NCBI GenBank assembly: GCA_937995995.1
Contig: CALKIP010000027.1
Location: 1-51,620, forward strand
Source of the DNA: an uncultured bacterium
Lineage (GTDB): Bacteria; Gemmatimonadota; Gemmatimonadetes; Longimicrobiales; RSA9
DNA length: 51,620 nt
Direction: 5' to 3'
Positions 18,484 to 27,614 of this stretch are shown here, one piece after another; position 1 is the stretch's first letter, and every line of letters starts with the position of its first letter. A program made the translations under genes and the position numbers. The notes under the pieces were generated by a model. The model was given only the letters and a program-made list of their open reading frames with translations, did not search any database and was not told the origin of the DNA.

Positions 18484-18640
18484 GGCGGCCTGGGGCCGCC
18501 TAGCTGCCTAGGGCAGCGGGAGGGCGCCCTACTGGCGCGGGATGGCCGGCCTGGGGGCGGCGGGAGGTCGCCGCTGCGTGACGCGGGAGGGCCGCCTCAC
18601 GGCGGCGGGAGTGCCAGCGCGTCCGGCCGGGGTGTCGGTG
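18484..18640. repeat. Cluster of GC-rich REP-like units (GCGGGAGGNCGCC words and GCCGCC-N3-4-GGCGGC hairpins)
   Basis: GCGGGAGGGCGCC (~18517), GCGGGAGGTCGCC (~18559), GCGGGAGGGCCGCC (~18583), GCGGGAGTGCC (~18605). Hairpins: GGCGGCC-TGG-GGCCGCC and GCCGCC-TCAC-GGCGGC. Related to 5657-5685. Confidence 0.5.
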
Positions 18641-18778
18641 GACCCGGTGCGTGGCGCACGGAACAGAAGGAATCGATTCGGCGGCACGCCGGATGCGCAG
18701 GAGTCGTGGAGATCGTCAGGCCCGGCCCGGTTGCATCCGGGGTGGGAGCAGTGAGAAATAGAATCCCGGGGGGATGCA

Positions 18779-19180
18779 ATGACCACCGTCCAACGGGTTG
18801 TCCAGATCATCGGGTGGATCTTCATTATCGTCGGTGTGATCGGCTTTTTCGTGACCGGCTTCAACATGAATGCCGACATGGCGACCGCCGATCGCCTGTT
18901 CGGCCTCTTCCCCATCAACTTCCTCCACAACCTCGTGCACCTGGCGGCGGGCATCTGGGGCGTGTGGGCGGCGGGCCGGTTCTCGAGCGCGAAGTCGTAC
19001 GCACAGATCGTCGGGGTGATCTACCTGGTGCTCGCGATTTTGGCGTTCTTCACGCCGAGCTTCTTCGGGCTCATGCCGATCAGCGGCAACGACATCTGGC
19101 TGCACCTGCTCCTGGCCGCGCCGCTCCTGTACTTCGGCTTCACGGCACGGGAGACGCCGCGCGAGCGGGCGGCTACCTGA
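18779..19180 (+). CDS. DUF4383-like small membrane protein
   Basis: 133 aa with four predicted TM helices. ...NFLHNLVHLAAGIWG... and ...NDIWLHLLLA... resemble DUF4383. Confidence 0.65.
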   Translation: MTTVQRVVQIIGWIFIIVGVIGFFVTGFNMNADMATADRLFGLFPINFLHNLVHLAAGIWGVWAAGRFSSAKSYAQIVGVIYLVLAILAFFTPSFFGLMPISGNDIWLHLLLAAPLLYFGFTARETPRERAAT

Positions 19181-19567
19181 GGATCCTCAGGGATGGAACC
19201 GGCGCCTGATCATTCTCGGCCCGTGGCGAGCAACCGCGCCGCCCCCTCGGTCGGGAGCGGCTAGGCGCTCGGGTCCTTTACCGGCGACGCCGCATTCGCC
19301 GGGTGCGTCGTTCGAATTCCGACCCCGGTGACGACCGCCCCCGAGTGGCCGGATGACCGCCTGCGCGATCGTCCGGCCACTCGGTGATCCGACGCGATGT
19401 GATCCCGTGCAACCACTTGCGTCGCTTGACATATCCGGATCCGCAGGCGCAGAATACGGCCGTATCCCCTAAGACGACCTCGATGTCTCGGCACGCCGGA
19501 CGGTGAGCCGTGCGTCCGTACGCATCCCCATCGAGGTCATCGCGCATCCCACGTCAGAGGAGCAGTG

Positions 19568-20875
19568 ATGAAGCGATCCCTACGCCTCCTATCCCTTCTG
19601 CTCGCGCTCGCGGCGCCGCCGCTCGCCGCGCAGGAGCGGCCAACGGCGTTCGTCGGCGCGCGGATCATCCCGATCGTCGGCGAACCGATCGAGAACGGCG
19701 TGCTCGTGGTCCGCGGCGGCAAGATCTCGGCAGTCGGGCCCAGGGATGCCGTGAGCATCCCGAGCGAGGCCGAGGTCCGCGACGTCACCGGACGAGTGAT
19801 CATGCCGGGGCTCGTCGACACGCATTCGCACATCGGCGGCGGCGACGGCGGCGACCGCTCCTCGCCGATCCACGGCGACGTGCGGATCCTGGATGCGATC
19901 GATGCCCGCCATGACGGAATCCAGAAGGCCCAGGCCGGCGGTGTGACGACGGTCAACGTGATGCCGGGCTCGGGGCACCTGATGAGCGGGCAGACGGCCT
20001 ACCTCAAGCTCCGCGACGGCAACACGATCTACGACCTGCTCTACTGCGAGGACGTGCTGACCGAGATCTGCGGCGGGCTCAAGATGGCGAACGGCACGAA
20101 CCCGCGACGCGATCCGCCGTTCCCGGGGACGCGCGCCAAGGCGGCCGCTCTGGTTCGCGCGAAGTTCGTCAAGGCGCAGGAGTACCGTGACAAGGTCCGA
20201 GCGGCCAAGGGCGATCGATCGAAGATGCCGGCGCGCGACCTCGAGCTCGAGACGCTCGTCGAGGTGCTGGATGGCAAGCGCGTCGTCCACTTCCACACCC
20301 ACCGCCACGACGACATCCTGACCGCGCTGCGCCTGGCCGACGAATTCGGCTTCCGCATCGTGCTCCAGCACGCGAGTGAGGCGTGGCGCGTGGCCGACGA
20401 GATCGCGGCGTCCGGCGCTCCCTCGTCGATCATCATCCTCGACTCGCCGGGCGGCAAGCTCGAGCTCATCGATTTCGGCAACCAGAACGGCGCCGCGCTC
20501 GAGAAGGTCGGCGCGCCCGTCGGCTTCCATACCGACGACGGCATCACCGACTCACGCATCCTGCTCCGCTCCGCGGGGCTCGCCGTGCGCTACGGCATGT
20601 CCCGCGAGGCCGCGCTCTACGGCCTGACCATGGCCGGCGCCAAGATGCTCGACCTCGACCACCGGGTCGGCTCGCTCGAGCCCGGCAAGGACGCGGACTT
20701 CATCGTGCTCAGTGGAGATCCGCTCAGCGTCTACACCCGCGTCCTCGAAACCTGGGTCGAGGGCCAGAAGGTCTTCGATCTCTCGAACCCGCGCGACTAC
20801 ATCTACGCCGTCGGCGGCTACGGCGCCGGCGAAATCGTGACGGCGAATTATCACGCTGGCATGGAGGGGCACTGA
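19568..20875 (+). CDS. Secreted metal-dependent amidohydrolase (imidazolonepropionase-like superfamily)
   Basis: Signal peptide MKRSLRLLSLLLALAAPPLAAQE and metal motif PGLVDTHSHIG. GAGGA lies 6 nt upstream of ATG 19568 (an in-frame GTG sits at 19565). Confidence 0.85.
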   Translation: MKRSLRLLSLLLALAAPPLAAQERPTAFVGARIIPIVGEPIENGVLVVRGGKISAVGPRDAVSIPSEAEVRDVTGRVIMPGLVDTHSHIGGGDGGDRSSPIHGDVRILDAIDARHDGIQKAQAGGVTTVNVMPGSGHLMSGQTAYLKLRDGNTIYDLLYCEDVLTEICGGLKMANGTNPRRDPPFPGTRAKAAALVRAKFVKAQEYRDKVRAAKGDRSKMPARDLELETLVEVLDGKRVVHFHTHRHDDILTALRLADEFGFRIVLQHASEAWRVADEIAASGAPSSIIILDSPGGKLELIDFGNQNGAALEKVGAPVGFHTDDGITDSRILLRSAGLAVRYGMSREAALYGLTMAGAKMLDLDHRVGSLEPGKDADFIVLSGDPLSVYTRVLETWVEGQKVFDLSNPRDYIYAVGGYGAGEIVTANYHAGMEGH

Positions 20876-22209
20876 TGATGGGGCTTCACAGGGCTAGGGC
20901 TAGGTGGGCGGAGACTGACGCCCGTGCCTCGGCCGACCGTCTCGGCTCATCCGGGCTTCGTGGCGGGGCAGCGGTCGCAAGGAGGGTGAGTGGCGCCGGG
21001 ATCATGGCACTCGCTGCCGGACTGGTATTCGGTGCGCTGGCGCTGCCCTCGTCGCTCGTGGCGCAGGTCGCGGTGCGGGGGGAGACCGTCCATACCATGG
21101 CGGGGCCGGCCATCCGGGACGGCGTCGTGCTGGTGGGGGCGAACGGCAAGATCGAGCGGGTCGGGCCGGCCTCGGAGATCCGCATCCCGGAGGGGTACCG
21201 CACCCTGTCCGCCGCGGTCGTCACGCCCGGGCTCGTCGATGCGCACACGGTGGTCGGGCTCGCCGGCTACCTGAACCAGCCGCACGAGCAGGATCAGCTC
21301 GATCGCGCGAGTGCGATCCAGCCCGAGCTGCGCGCCTTCGATGCGTACAACGCACGGGAGCGGCTGGTCGAGTGGATGCGCGAACACGGCGTGACCACGC
21401 TGCACACCGGGCACGGCCCGGGCGCGCTCGTGAGCGGGCAGACGATGATCGTCAAGACGCGCGGCGACAACGTGGGCGAGGCACTCGTCGACTCGGTCAC
21501 CGCCGTGGCGATGACGCTCGGGCCCGAGGTGTCGCGAAACTTCAACGGGCGGCCGGGCACGCGCTCGAAGGGGATGGCGCTCCTTCGCGCGGAGCTGATC
21601 AAGGCGCAGGACTACCTGCACAAGGTCGAGAACGGCGGCGCGCCGGCGCGCGATCTCAAGCTCGAGACGCTGGCCCGCGTGCTCCGCCGCGAGGTGCCCG
21701 CGCTGATCACCGCACAGCGGGCCACGGAGATCCTGGCCGCGCTCCGCCTGCAGCGTGAGTTCGGCTTCGATCTCATCCTCGACGGCGCCGCGGAGGCGTA
21801 CACCGTCATCGACAAGATCCGCGAGGCCGGCGTACCGATCATCCTGCACCCGACCATGGCGCGCCACAGCGGCTCGCTGGAAAATGCCACGATGGAGAGC
21901 GCTCGGCGCCTACGCGATGCCGGCATCCCGGTCGCGCTCCAGAGCGGCTTCGAGGGCTATGCGCCCAAGACGCGCGTCGTCCTCTTCGAGGCCGCCATGG
22001 CCGCCGCCTACGGTCTGCCCTTCGAGCAGGCGCTGGCCACCGTCACGATCGACGCCGCCCGCATTCTCGGCATCGACGACCGCGTCGGCTCCCTCGAGCC
22101 CGGCAAGGACGGCGACCTCGCCCTCTTCGACGGCGACCCCTTCGAGTACACCTCGCACGTTTGCGGCGTCGTCATCGAAGGTCAGGTCGTGAGCGAAAGC
22201 TGCCGGTGA
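20875..22209 (+). CDS. Secreted metal-dependent amidohydrolase, paralogue of the upstream gene
   Basis: The start ATG overlaps the upstream stop (TGATG). Hydrophobic signal MALAAGLVFGALALPSSLVAQ (alternative start 21004) and PGLVDAHTVVG. The C-terminal ...GSLEPGKDGDLALFDGDP parallels ...GSLEPGKDADFIVLSGDP in the first gene. Confidence 0.85.
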   Translation: MMGLHRARARWAETDARASADRLGSSGLRGGAAVARRVSGAGIMALAAGLVFGALALPSSLVAQVAVRGETVHTMAGPAIRDGVVLVGANGKIERVGPASEIRIPEGYRTLSAAVVTPGLVDAHTVVGLAGYLNQPHEQDQLDRASAIQPELRAFDAYNARERLVEWMREHGVTTLHTGHGPGALVSGQTMIVKTRGDNVGEALVDSVTAVAMTLGPEVSRNFNGRPGTRSKGMALLRAELIKAQDYLHKVENGGAPARDLKLETLARVLRREVPALITAQRATEILAALRLQREFGFDLILDGAAEAYTVIDKIREAGVPIILHPTMARHSGSLENATMESARRLRDAGIPVALQSGFEGYAPKTRVVLFEAAMAAAYGLPFEQALATVTIDAARILGIDDRVGSLEPGKDGDLALFDGDPFEYTSHVCGVVIEGQVVSESCR

Positions 22210-22231
22210 ACGGCAGGGGATAAGAGATAGA

Positions 22232-22280
22232 GGAAAGAGGATAGGGGATAGCCGGCTTTGCTATCCCCTATCCTCTTTCC
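22232..22280. terminator. Perfect 21-bp-stem hairpin between convergent genes (bidirectional terminator candidate)
   Basis: GGAAAGAGGATAGGGGATAGC (22232-22252), loop CGGCTTT, GCTATCCCCTATCCTCTTTCC (22260-22280). Located between the amidohydrolase stop (22209) and the yceI stop (22294). Confidence 0.7.
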
Positions 22281-22293
22281 CCTTTCCTCTGCC

Positions 22294-22851
22294 TTACTGC
22301 AGAACCGCCTGAACCTCGAGGGAGATCCGCACCTCGTGGCTCACCAGGACGCCGCCCGTCTCGAGCGCCTGGTTCCAGACCAGACCGAAGTCCGTGCGGT
22401 CGATCGCCGTCGTCGCGCTGAACGCCACGCGATCACCGCCCCACGGGTCCTTGCCGCGGCCCTGTTCCTCGACCTCCAGCACGACTTCGCGTGTGACATC
22501 ACGGATCGTGAGGTCACCGACAACGCGGTACTTCCCTGCACCGGACGATTCCACCCGACGGCTCCGGTACGTCAGCGCCGGGAACTTCTCCACGTCCAGA
22601 AAGTCCGCGGAACGCAGGTGCGCATCACGATCCGAGTTGCGCGTGTCGATGCTCGACGCGTCGATCGTCACCTCGACCGAGGAGTTCTCCGGGGCGCCGT
22701 CGTCCAGTCGGATCTCCCCACTCACCTCGCCGAAACGACCCTTCACCGTCGCGATCATCATGTGCTTGACCGCGAACTCGACCAGCGTGTGCGCCGGATC
22801 GATGACCCACGTGCCTTGCCCGGTTCGCTTCGTTTCCACCGTCATCGCCAC
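22294..22851 (-). CDS. yceI: YceI family polyisoprenoid-binding protein
   Basis: 185 aa. WVIDPAHTLVEFAVKHMMIATVKGRFGEVSGEI...IDTRNSDRDAHLRSADFLDVEKFP is classic YceI. Confidence 0.9.
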   Translation of the reverse strand: MAMTVETKRTGQGTWVIDPAHTLVEFAVKHMMIATVKGRFGEVSGEIRLDDGAPENSSVEVTIDASSIDTRNSDRDAHLRSADFLDVEKFPALTYRSRRVESSGAGKYRVVGDLTIRDVTREVVLEVEEQGRGKDPWGGDRVAFSATTAIDRTDFGLVWNQALETGGVLVSHEVRISLEVQAVLQ

Positions 22852-22953
22852 TCCTCCTCGTTCTGCCGGCCCCGTGTCGCCGCTCGCGGACGGGCCGGCC
22901 GCACCCGCGAGTGGTTGGTCGTAGTATACTCACTGCTGAGATAATTCGCCGAG

Positions 22954-22974
22954 AAAAAACGGCCGAACGGCCGT
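22954..22974 (-). terminator. Rho-independent terminator after marR
   Basis: The minus strand reads ACGGCCGTTCGGCCGTTTTTT: a short GC hairpin plus a T6 tract, 16 nt after the marR stop. Confidence 0.6.
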
Positions 22975-22989
22975 CGCTGTCGCGGCGCG

Positions 22990-23481
22990 TCAGTCGCCGG
23001 CCGCTTCGCCGGGCTCCAGTTCGGCCGCGCGCAGCCCCAGACGACGCAGCAGGCGCATGGCCTCGGCCTTCTCTTCCGCATCGAGCCCCGAGAGCGCGCG
23101 CTCGAGGGCGCGCACGTGCTCCGGGAAGATGCGACGGATCAATGCCTCGCCCTCGGGCGTGAGTGCGGCGTACGTCGCGCGCCGATCCGTTGGGCACGGC
23201 TGCCGCTCCACGAGTCCGCGCTTGACGAGTCGGTCCATCAGGTACGTGATCCCGCCACTCGAGACCAGGATCTTGCGCTGCACCTCGCCCAGCAGGAGTG
23301 GACCCTTGTGGTAGAGCGCCTCCAGGACCCCGAACTCGGCAAGCGTCAGATCGTGGCGTGCGACGTCGGCGCGGGCGTGAGCCTGAACGGCATCGTAGGC
23401 GCGGGCCAGGATGATCCACAGCCTCAGCGTCGGGTCGCGGTCGTCGTCGACCGGCGCGAACAATTCCTTCTCCGTACTCAT
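22990..23481 (-). CDS. MarR family transcriptional regulator
   Basis: ORF 22990..23520, start at MSTEKEL. Winged-HTH region LTLAEFGVLEALYHKGPLLLGEVQRKILVSSGGITYLMDRLVKRGLVERQPCPTDRRATYAALTPEG. Confidence 0.88.
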   Translation of the reverse strand: MSTEKELFAPVDDDRDPTLRLWIILARAYDAVQAHARADVARHDLTLAEFGVLEALYHKGPLLLGEVQRKILVSSGGITYLMDRLVKRGLVERQPCPTDRRATYAALTPEGEALIRRIFPEHVRALERALSGLDAEEKAEAMRLLRRLGLRAAELEPGEAAGD

Positions 23482-23585
23482 CTCAGCTCTAAGATAAGTC
23501 GTGGGGTCGGTGCGCGTCAAGGGGGCTCATGCGGGAGCATGCCGCGACGGGTCGTGGACGGGGCCCGTCGGTGGCGAGGTGAGTG

Positions 23586-25661
23586 TCAGCCGCGGACATC
23601 GGCCCCCGCGCGCCGCACCAGGGCGATGAATTCCTCCTCATCGAGCGTTTGCACGCCCTTCTGGCGGGCGTCCTCGACCTTCTGACCGGGCTCCTCGCCC
23701 ACGACGACGTAGTCGGTGTTGCGACTGATGGAACCGGAGGCCTCCCCTCCGAGCGATTCGACCAGCTCCTCGGCCTCGTCGCGGGTGAAGCGGTCGAGTC
23801 TGCCGGTGAAGACGAAGTGCCGTCCGGCCAGGGGCCGTTCGCGGCGTGCACGCGGCGCCGTCACCTGAATGCCCGTCTCCAGGAGCGCATCGATGGCGTG
23901 TTGGTGGCGGTCGTCGGCGAAGAAGTCGTGGAGTCTGTCGGCGAGTGCGGGACCGATGCCGGGCGCCTGGCGCAGCTCGTCCCGGCTGGCGTGGCGGATC
24001 GCCTCGAGCGAGCGGAAGTGATCGGCCAGGTCCCGCGCCGCGCCCTCACCCACGCCGGGGATGCCGAGGGCGATGAGGAAGCGGTGCAGCTCGGCCCTTT
24101 TGCGGCTTCGAATCGAGTCGACGAGCTTGCTGGCGGAGTCCGCAGCGAAACCAGGCAGGCGAGCCACGTCCGCCACTTTCAGGTCGTAGAGATCGGCGAG
24201 CTCCTCGACCAGGCGGTAATCGACGAGTGCCTCGGCGGTGGCGCGACCGAGGCCGCGGATGTCCATGGCCTCGCGGGAGGCGAAGTGGCGGATCCGTTCG
24301 CGGAGCTGCGCCGGGCAACCGAACTGGTTCGGGCAGTGAGTGAGCGGTCCGTGGTGCTCGAGCCGCGTGCCGCACGATGGGCACCGATCGGGAAAGTGGA
24401 ACGGCTTACCGCGCTCGTGGCCGGGCTCTTCGATCCTCTCGACGACTTCGGGGATCACGTCGCCGGCGCGGTGGATGCGCACCCGGTCACCGGGCCGGAT
24501 GTCGTGGCGGCGGATCTCCTCGCGGTTGTGCAGCGTGGCGCGGGAGATGGTGACGCCACCGACCTCGACCGGCTCGAGGAGCGCGACGGGAGTGACGAGT
24601 CCCGTGCGGCCGACCTGGACGATGATCTCGCGGACGCGGGTGATCTCGCGTCGCGGCGCGAACTTGTAGGCAAGCGCCCAGCGCGGGTGTCTGCGTGTGG
24701 CGCCGATCCTCTCGCGCACGTCGAGGCGGTCGACCTTGATGACGATCCCATCGATCTCGTGGTCTCGCGAGGCGCGGCGGGTTTCCAGGTCGGCGTGATA
24801 GCGGAGCACGTCGTCGAGATCGGTCGCGGTCCTCACCGGCTCCGGCGTCCTGAACCCCCAACTGGCGAGGGCCTGGAGCACCTCCTCGTCACGCTCGAAG
24901 GTGAGGTCGCGGATCAGGAGGATCTCGTAGGCGACGAGATCGAGCGAGCGCTCGGCGGTGATGCGCGGATCCAGTTGCCGCACCGAGCCAGAAGCCGCGT
25001 TGCGCGGGTTGGCGAAGCCGCTCTCGCCGTTTTCGAGGAGCCGACGATTGAGCGCTTCGAAGGCGCGCGCGCTCATCATGATCTCGCCGCGGAGGGAGAG
25101 GAAGCGCGGCGTCGGCGTACCGTCGGAACGAAGCCGTAGCGGCACCGACGGGATCGTGCGCACGTTTTCTGTCACGTCCTCGCCTCGAACGCCGTCGCCG
25201 CGGGTGATGGCACGCATGAGCACGGCGTCCTCGTAGATCAGCTCGATCGAGGCGCCGTCCAGCTTCGGCTCGAGGAGGAGGGTCTCGACATCGGGCTCGC
25301 GCTGCATGCGGCGGACGAAGCGGGCGACGTCGTCTTCCTCACGGGTGGCTTCGAGGCTGGTCATCGGCACCGTGTGCCGCGCCGTCGGCAGTTCCTTTCT
25401 CGGCTCGCCGGCCACGCGCTGCGTGGGCGAATCCGGCGTGACCAGTTCGGGGAATCGCTCCTCCAGCCGAAGCAGCGCAGTGAAGAGCCGGTCGTACTCC
25501 TCGTCGGAGATCTCGGGTCGGTCGAGGACGTAGTAGAGGTAGTCGTGGTGGCGGATGTCGTCGCGCAGTGAGGCGATGCGACGGGCGGCGTCGTGCTTCG
25601 AGATCGACCGCAGCTCGGCCCGGCTCGGGACCTGATACTGTTTCGTGGCTCGACGGGCCAT
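23586..25661 (-). CDS. ligA: NAD-dependent DNA ligase
   Basis: 691 aa. Adenylation motif EPKLDGASIEL, Zn finger CPSCGTRLEHHGPLTHCPNQFGCPAQ, HhH repeats and a C-terminal BRCT (FVFTGRL...SISRNTDYVVVGEEPGQK). Confidence 0.97.
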   Translation of the reverse strand: MARRATKQYQVPSRAELRSISKHDAARRIASLRDDIRHHDYLYYVLDRPEISDEEYDRLFTALLRLEERFPELVTPDSPTQRVAGEPRKELPTARHTVPMTSLEATREEDDVARFVRRMQREPDVETLLLEPKLDGASIELIYEDAVLMRAITRGDGVRGEDVTENVRTIPSVPLRLRSDGTPTPRFLSLRGEIMMSARAFEALNRRLLENGESGFANPRNAASGSVRQLDPRITAERSLDLVAYEILLIRDLTFERDEEVLQALASWGFRTPEPVRTATDLDDVLRYHADLETRRASRDHEIDGIVIKVDRLDVRERIGATRRHPRWALAYKFAPRREITRVREIIVQVGRTGLVTPVALLEPVEVGGVTISRATLHNREEIRRHDIRPGDRVRIHRAGDVIPEVVERIEEPGHERGKPFHFPDRCPSCGTRLEHHGPLTHCPNQFGCPAQLRERIRHFASREAMDIRGLGRATAEALVDYRLVEELADLYDLKVADVARLPGFAADSASKLVDSIRSRKRAELHRFLIALGIPGVGEGAARDLADHFRSLEAIRHASRDELRQAPGIGPALADRLHDFFADDRHQHAIDALLETGIQVTAPRARRERPLAGRHFVFTGRLDRFTRDEAEELVESLGGEASGSISRNTDYVVVGEEPGQKVEDARQKGVQTLDEEEFIALVRRAGADVRG

Positions 25662-26057
25662 CCGTACCTCGGTTCGGAGGGCGTGATCTGGCGGACGAGC
25701 CCGGTGGTCGGACCACGGCTCGTCGGCGCGTCACGGTCACCGCGACCGTGCGATGGCGAGCGCACGATCGGTACCACGGCGTCGCTGCCCGGCAAGCGGT
25801 GGGCTCGTGGATCGTCGAGCGGATCTATCGCATCCGGAGGTACCGGGGACCGGTCCGGCTTTGCGCATCGTCCGCGAGGTCGCGGAACGCCGGATCGAGG
25901 GCGCGGATTCGGCAAAAGAGGGCACGCTTCGGACCGGCCCGAGACCTGTCGGCACCGATTCTTGCATCCGTTTTCCTTTTCCTGCTCGATCGGCGCTCCA
26001 GGCCGGAGCGATCGGTGCGTCGGATTCGAAGCGACTTCCCCGTTCGTGGAGGAATGG

Positions 26058-26987
26058 ATGGCTCTCGAACTGTTGCCGGTGCTGTCGGCCCTGATGCTGA
26101 GTGTGGCGCCAGGGACCGAGCCCCAGGTATTGCGACTTCCGGTCGCGCCCGCCGAGACGCTTGCCGTGACGCTGGAGGGGAGCGGCGATCCCGTCGTCAT
26201 GGTGCCCGGCCTGCTCGGTTCCTCCTACACCTTCCGCCACGTGCGCCCTGCAGTCGCCGCGACGGGCCGCGCCGTCCTGGTCATCGAGCCGCTCGGCACC
26301 GGTTCATCGTCGCGGCCCGAGGGGGCGGACTACTCGCTCGCGGCTCAGTCCTACCGCATCGAAGCCGTGCTCGACTCGCTCGGCGTCCGCTCGCCCATCC
26401 TTGTCTGCCACGCGGTCGTCGCCTCGATCTGCCTGCGTCTTGCGGTGCGGCGGCCGGATCTTGCCGCCGGGATCGTCTCGATCAACGGCGGCGCGGCGGA
26501 GGAGTCCGGCACGCCAGGGTTGCGTAGCGCCCTGCGGTTCGCGCCCGTGCTCAAGCTGTTCGGCGCAGAGGGCTACGTGCGCGGCAAGATCAGGGACGGC
26601 TTGATCGAGAGTTCGGCGGACGCGTCATGGGTCACGGACGAGGTCGTGCGGGGCTACACCGCCGCGTTCGACGGCGATCTGGGCGGCGCCCTCGACACAT
26701 TCCGTCGGATGGTCGGGGCCGAGGAGCCTGACTCGCTGCGGCCTCGGCTCTCGAGCATCCGTGCACCGGTCCACCTGCTCGTGGGCGGTGGGACCGAAAA
26801 GCCGCCCGTGCCATCGGCCGAGGTCGCCGTGCTCCTGAGGGAGCTGTCCGACTTCCGGATGGAACATGTGCCGGGCACCGGGCTGTATATCCAGGAGGAA
26901 CGGCCGGAAGCCGTCGTCGAGGCCGTGCTGGCCATGGCGGACCTGGCCCCGGAGGTCGGTCGGAGCGGCACGCCCACCCGACCTTGA
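26058..26987 (+). CDS. Alpha/beta hydrolase fold protein
   Basis: Part of ORF 25593..26987, starting at MALELLPVLS. ...GSGDPVVMVPGLLGSSYTF... The nucleophile-elbow-like region VCHAVVAS is atypical. Confidence 0.75.
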   Translation: MALELLPVLSALMLSVAPGTEPQVLRLPVAPAETLAVTLEGSGDPVVMVPGLLGSSYTFRHVRPAVAATGRAVLVIEPLGTGSSSRPEGADYSLAAQSYRIEAVLDSLGVRSPILVCHAVVASICLRLAVRRPDLAAGIVSINGGAAEESGTPGLRSALRFAPVLKLFGAEGYVRGKIRDGLIESSADASWVTDEVVRGYTAAFDGDLGGALDTFRRMVGAEEPDSLRPRLSSIRAPVHLLVGGGTEKPPVPSAEVAVLLRELSDFRMEHVPGTGLYIQEERPEAVVEAVLAMADLAPEVGRSGTPTRP

Positions 26988-27046
26988 CAACTCTGCCCGC
27001 TCCCGGGCAGGTTTGGCGCACTCGCACACAACCAGGGGGTCGATGG

Positions 27047-27448
27047 ATGGTGAGCCGATCCGTCGACCCCGCTCCCGATCCAGGTGGACACCGGCCCGTG
27101 CCCCACTCCCTTGCATCCGCGCGAAATCTGACCGCCACGGTCAGTCTCCTCCTCCACCTCCTGGTGGTGGGGGTCGTGCCGTTCGTGGAGGCCGGAGCCG
27201 ATGCGCACGAACTCGACCACAGTGTACACGTGGAGGCGCCGGACGAGGGTACCTGTCCGCCGCTCCACGACCATCTCACCTGCCAGTACTGTCGTGTGCT
27301 CGCGCGCGACCAGATGATCGCGCAGCGGATCGACGTCGCACGCGTTCAGCTGCCCACGCACCCTATCGCCATCGGTGACATCGCGCCGCCGGTCCCGGAC
27401 GACATCGTCCGGTCGGCCCTCCTCCCGCGGGCGCCACCGATCGTCTGA
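27047..27448 (+). CDS. DUF2946-like small protein (CxxC, C-terminal PRAPP)
   Basis: Within ORF 26984..27448. TM segment TVSLLLHLLVVGVVPFV, His-rich stretch, CQYC motif and a C-terminal ...LLPRAPPIV, as remembered for DUF2946 proteins encoded next to TonB-dependent copper receptors. Confidence 0.5.
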   Translation: MVSRSVDPAPDPGGHRPVPHSLASARNLTATVSLLLHLLVVGVVPFVEAGADAHELDHSVHVEAPDEGTCPPLHDHLTCQYCRVLARDQMIAQRIDVARVQLPTHPIAIGDIAPPVPDDIVRSALLPRAPPIV

Positions 27449-27614
27449 CTTCCCGAGGACAACTCAGCAACGGCGCGGTGGTGCCGCGTCCCAAGCCATC
27501 GTCCATCCGCACGCCTCGGACTCGCTCGGCGGTACGCGACGACGGCGAATCAACACGCGGGAGCGCGACGCCCACAGTCGAGTCGGCGCGCCCCCGGAAA
27601 CATGACGGAAGGCA

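Noticed and set aside
23583-25139. 518-aa plus-strand ORF
   Set aside because: It is antisense to ligA, a shadow ORF.
25662-26057. ORFs in the ligA / hydrolase divergent spacer (e.g. 25753-26094 plus)
   Set aside because: They are Arg/Cys/Ser-rich with no motifs. The region more plausibly holds the divergent promoters (TTGCAT...CTCGAT upstream of the hydrolase).
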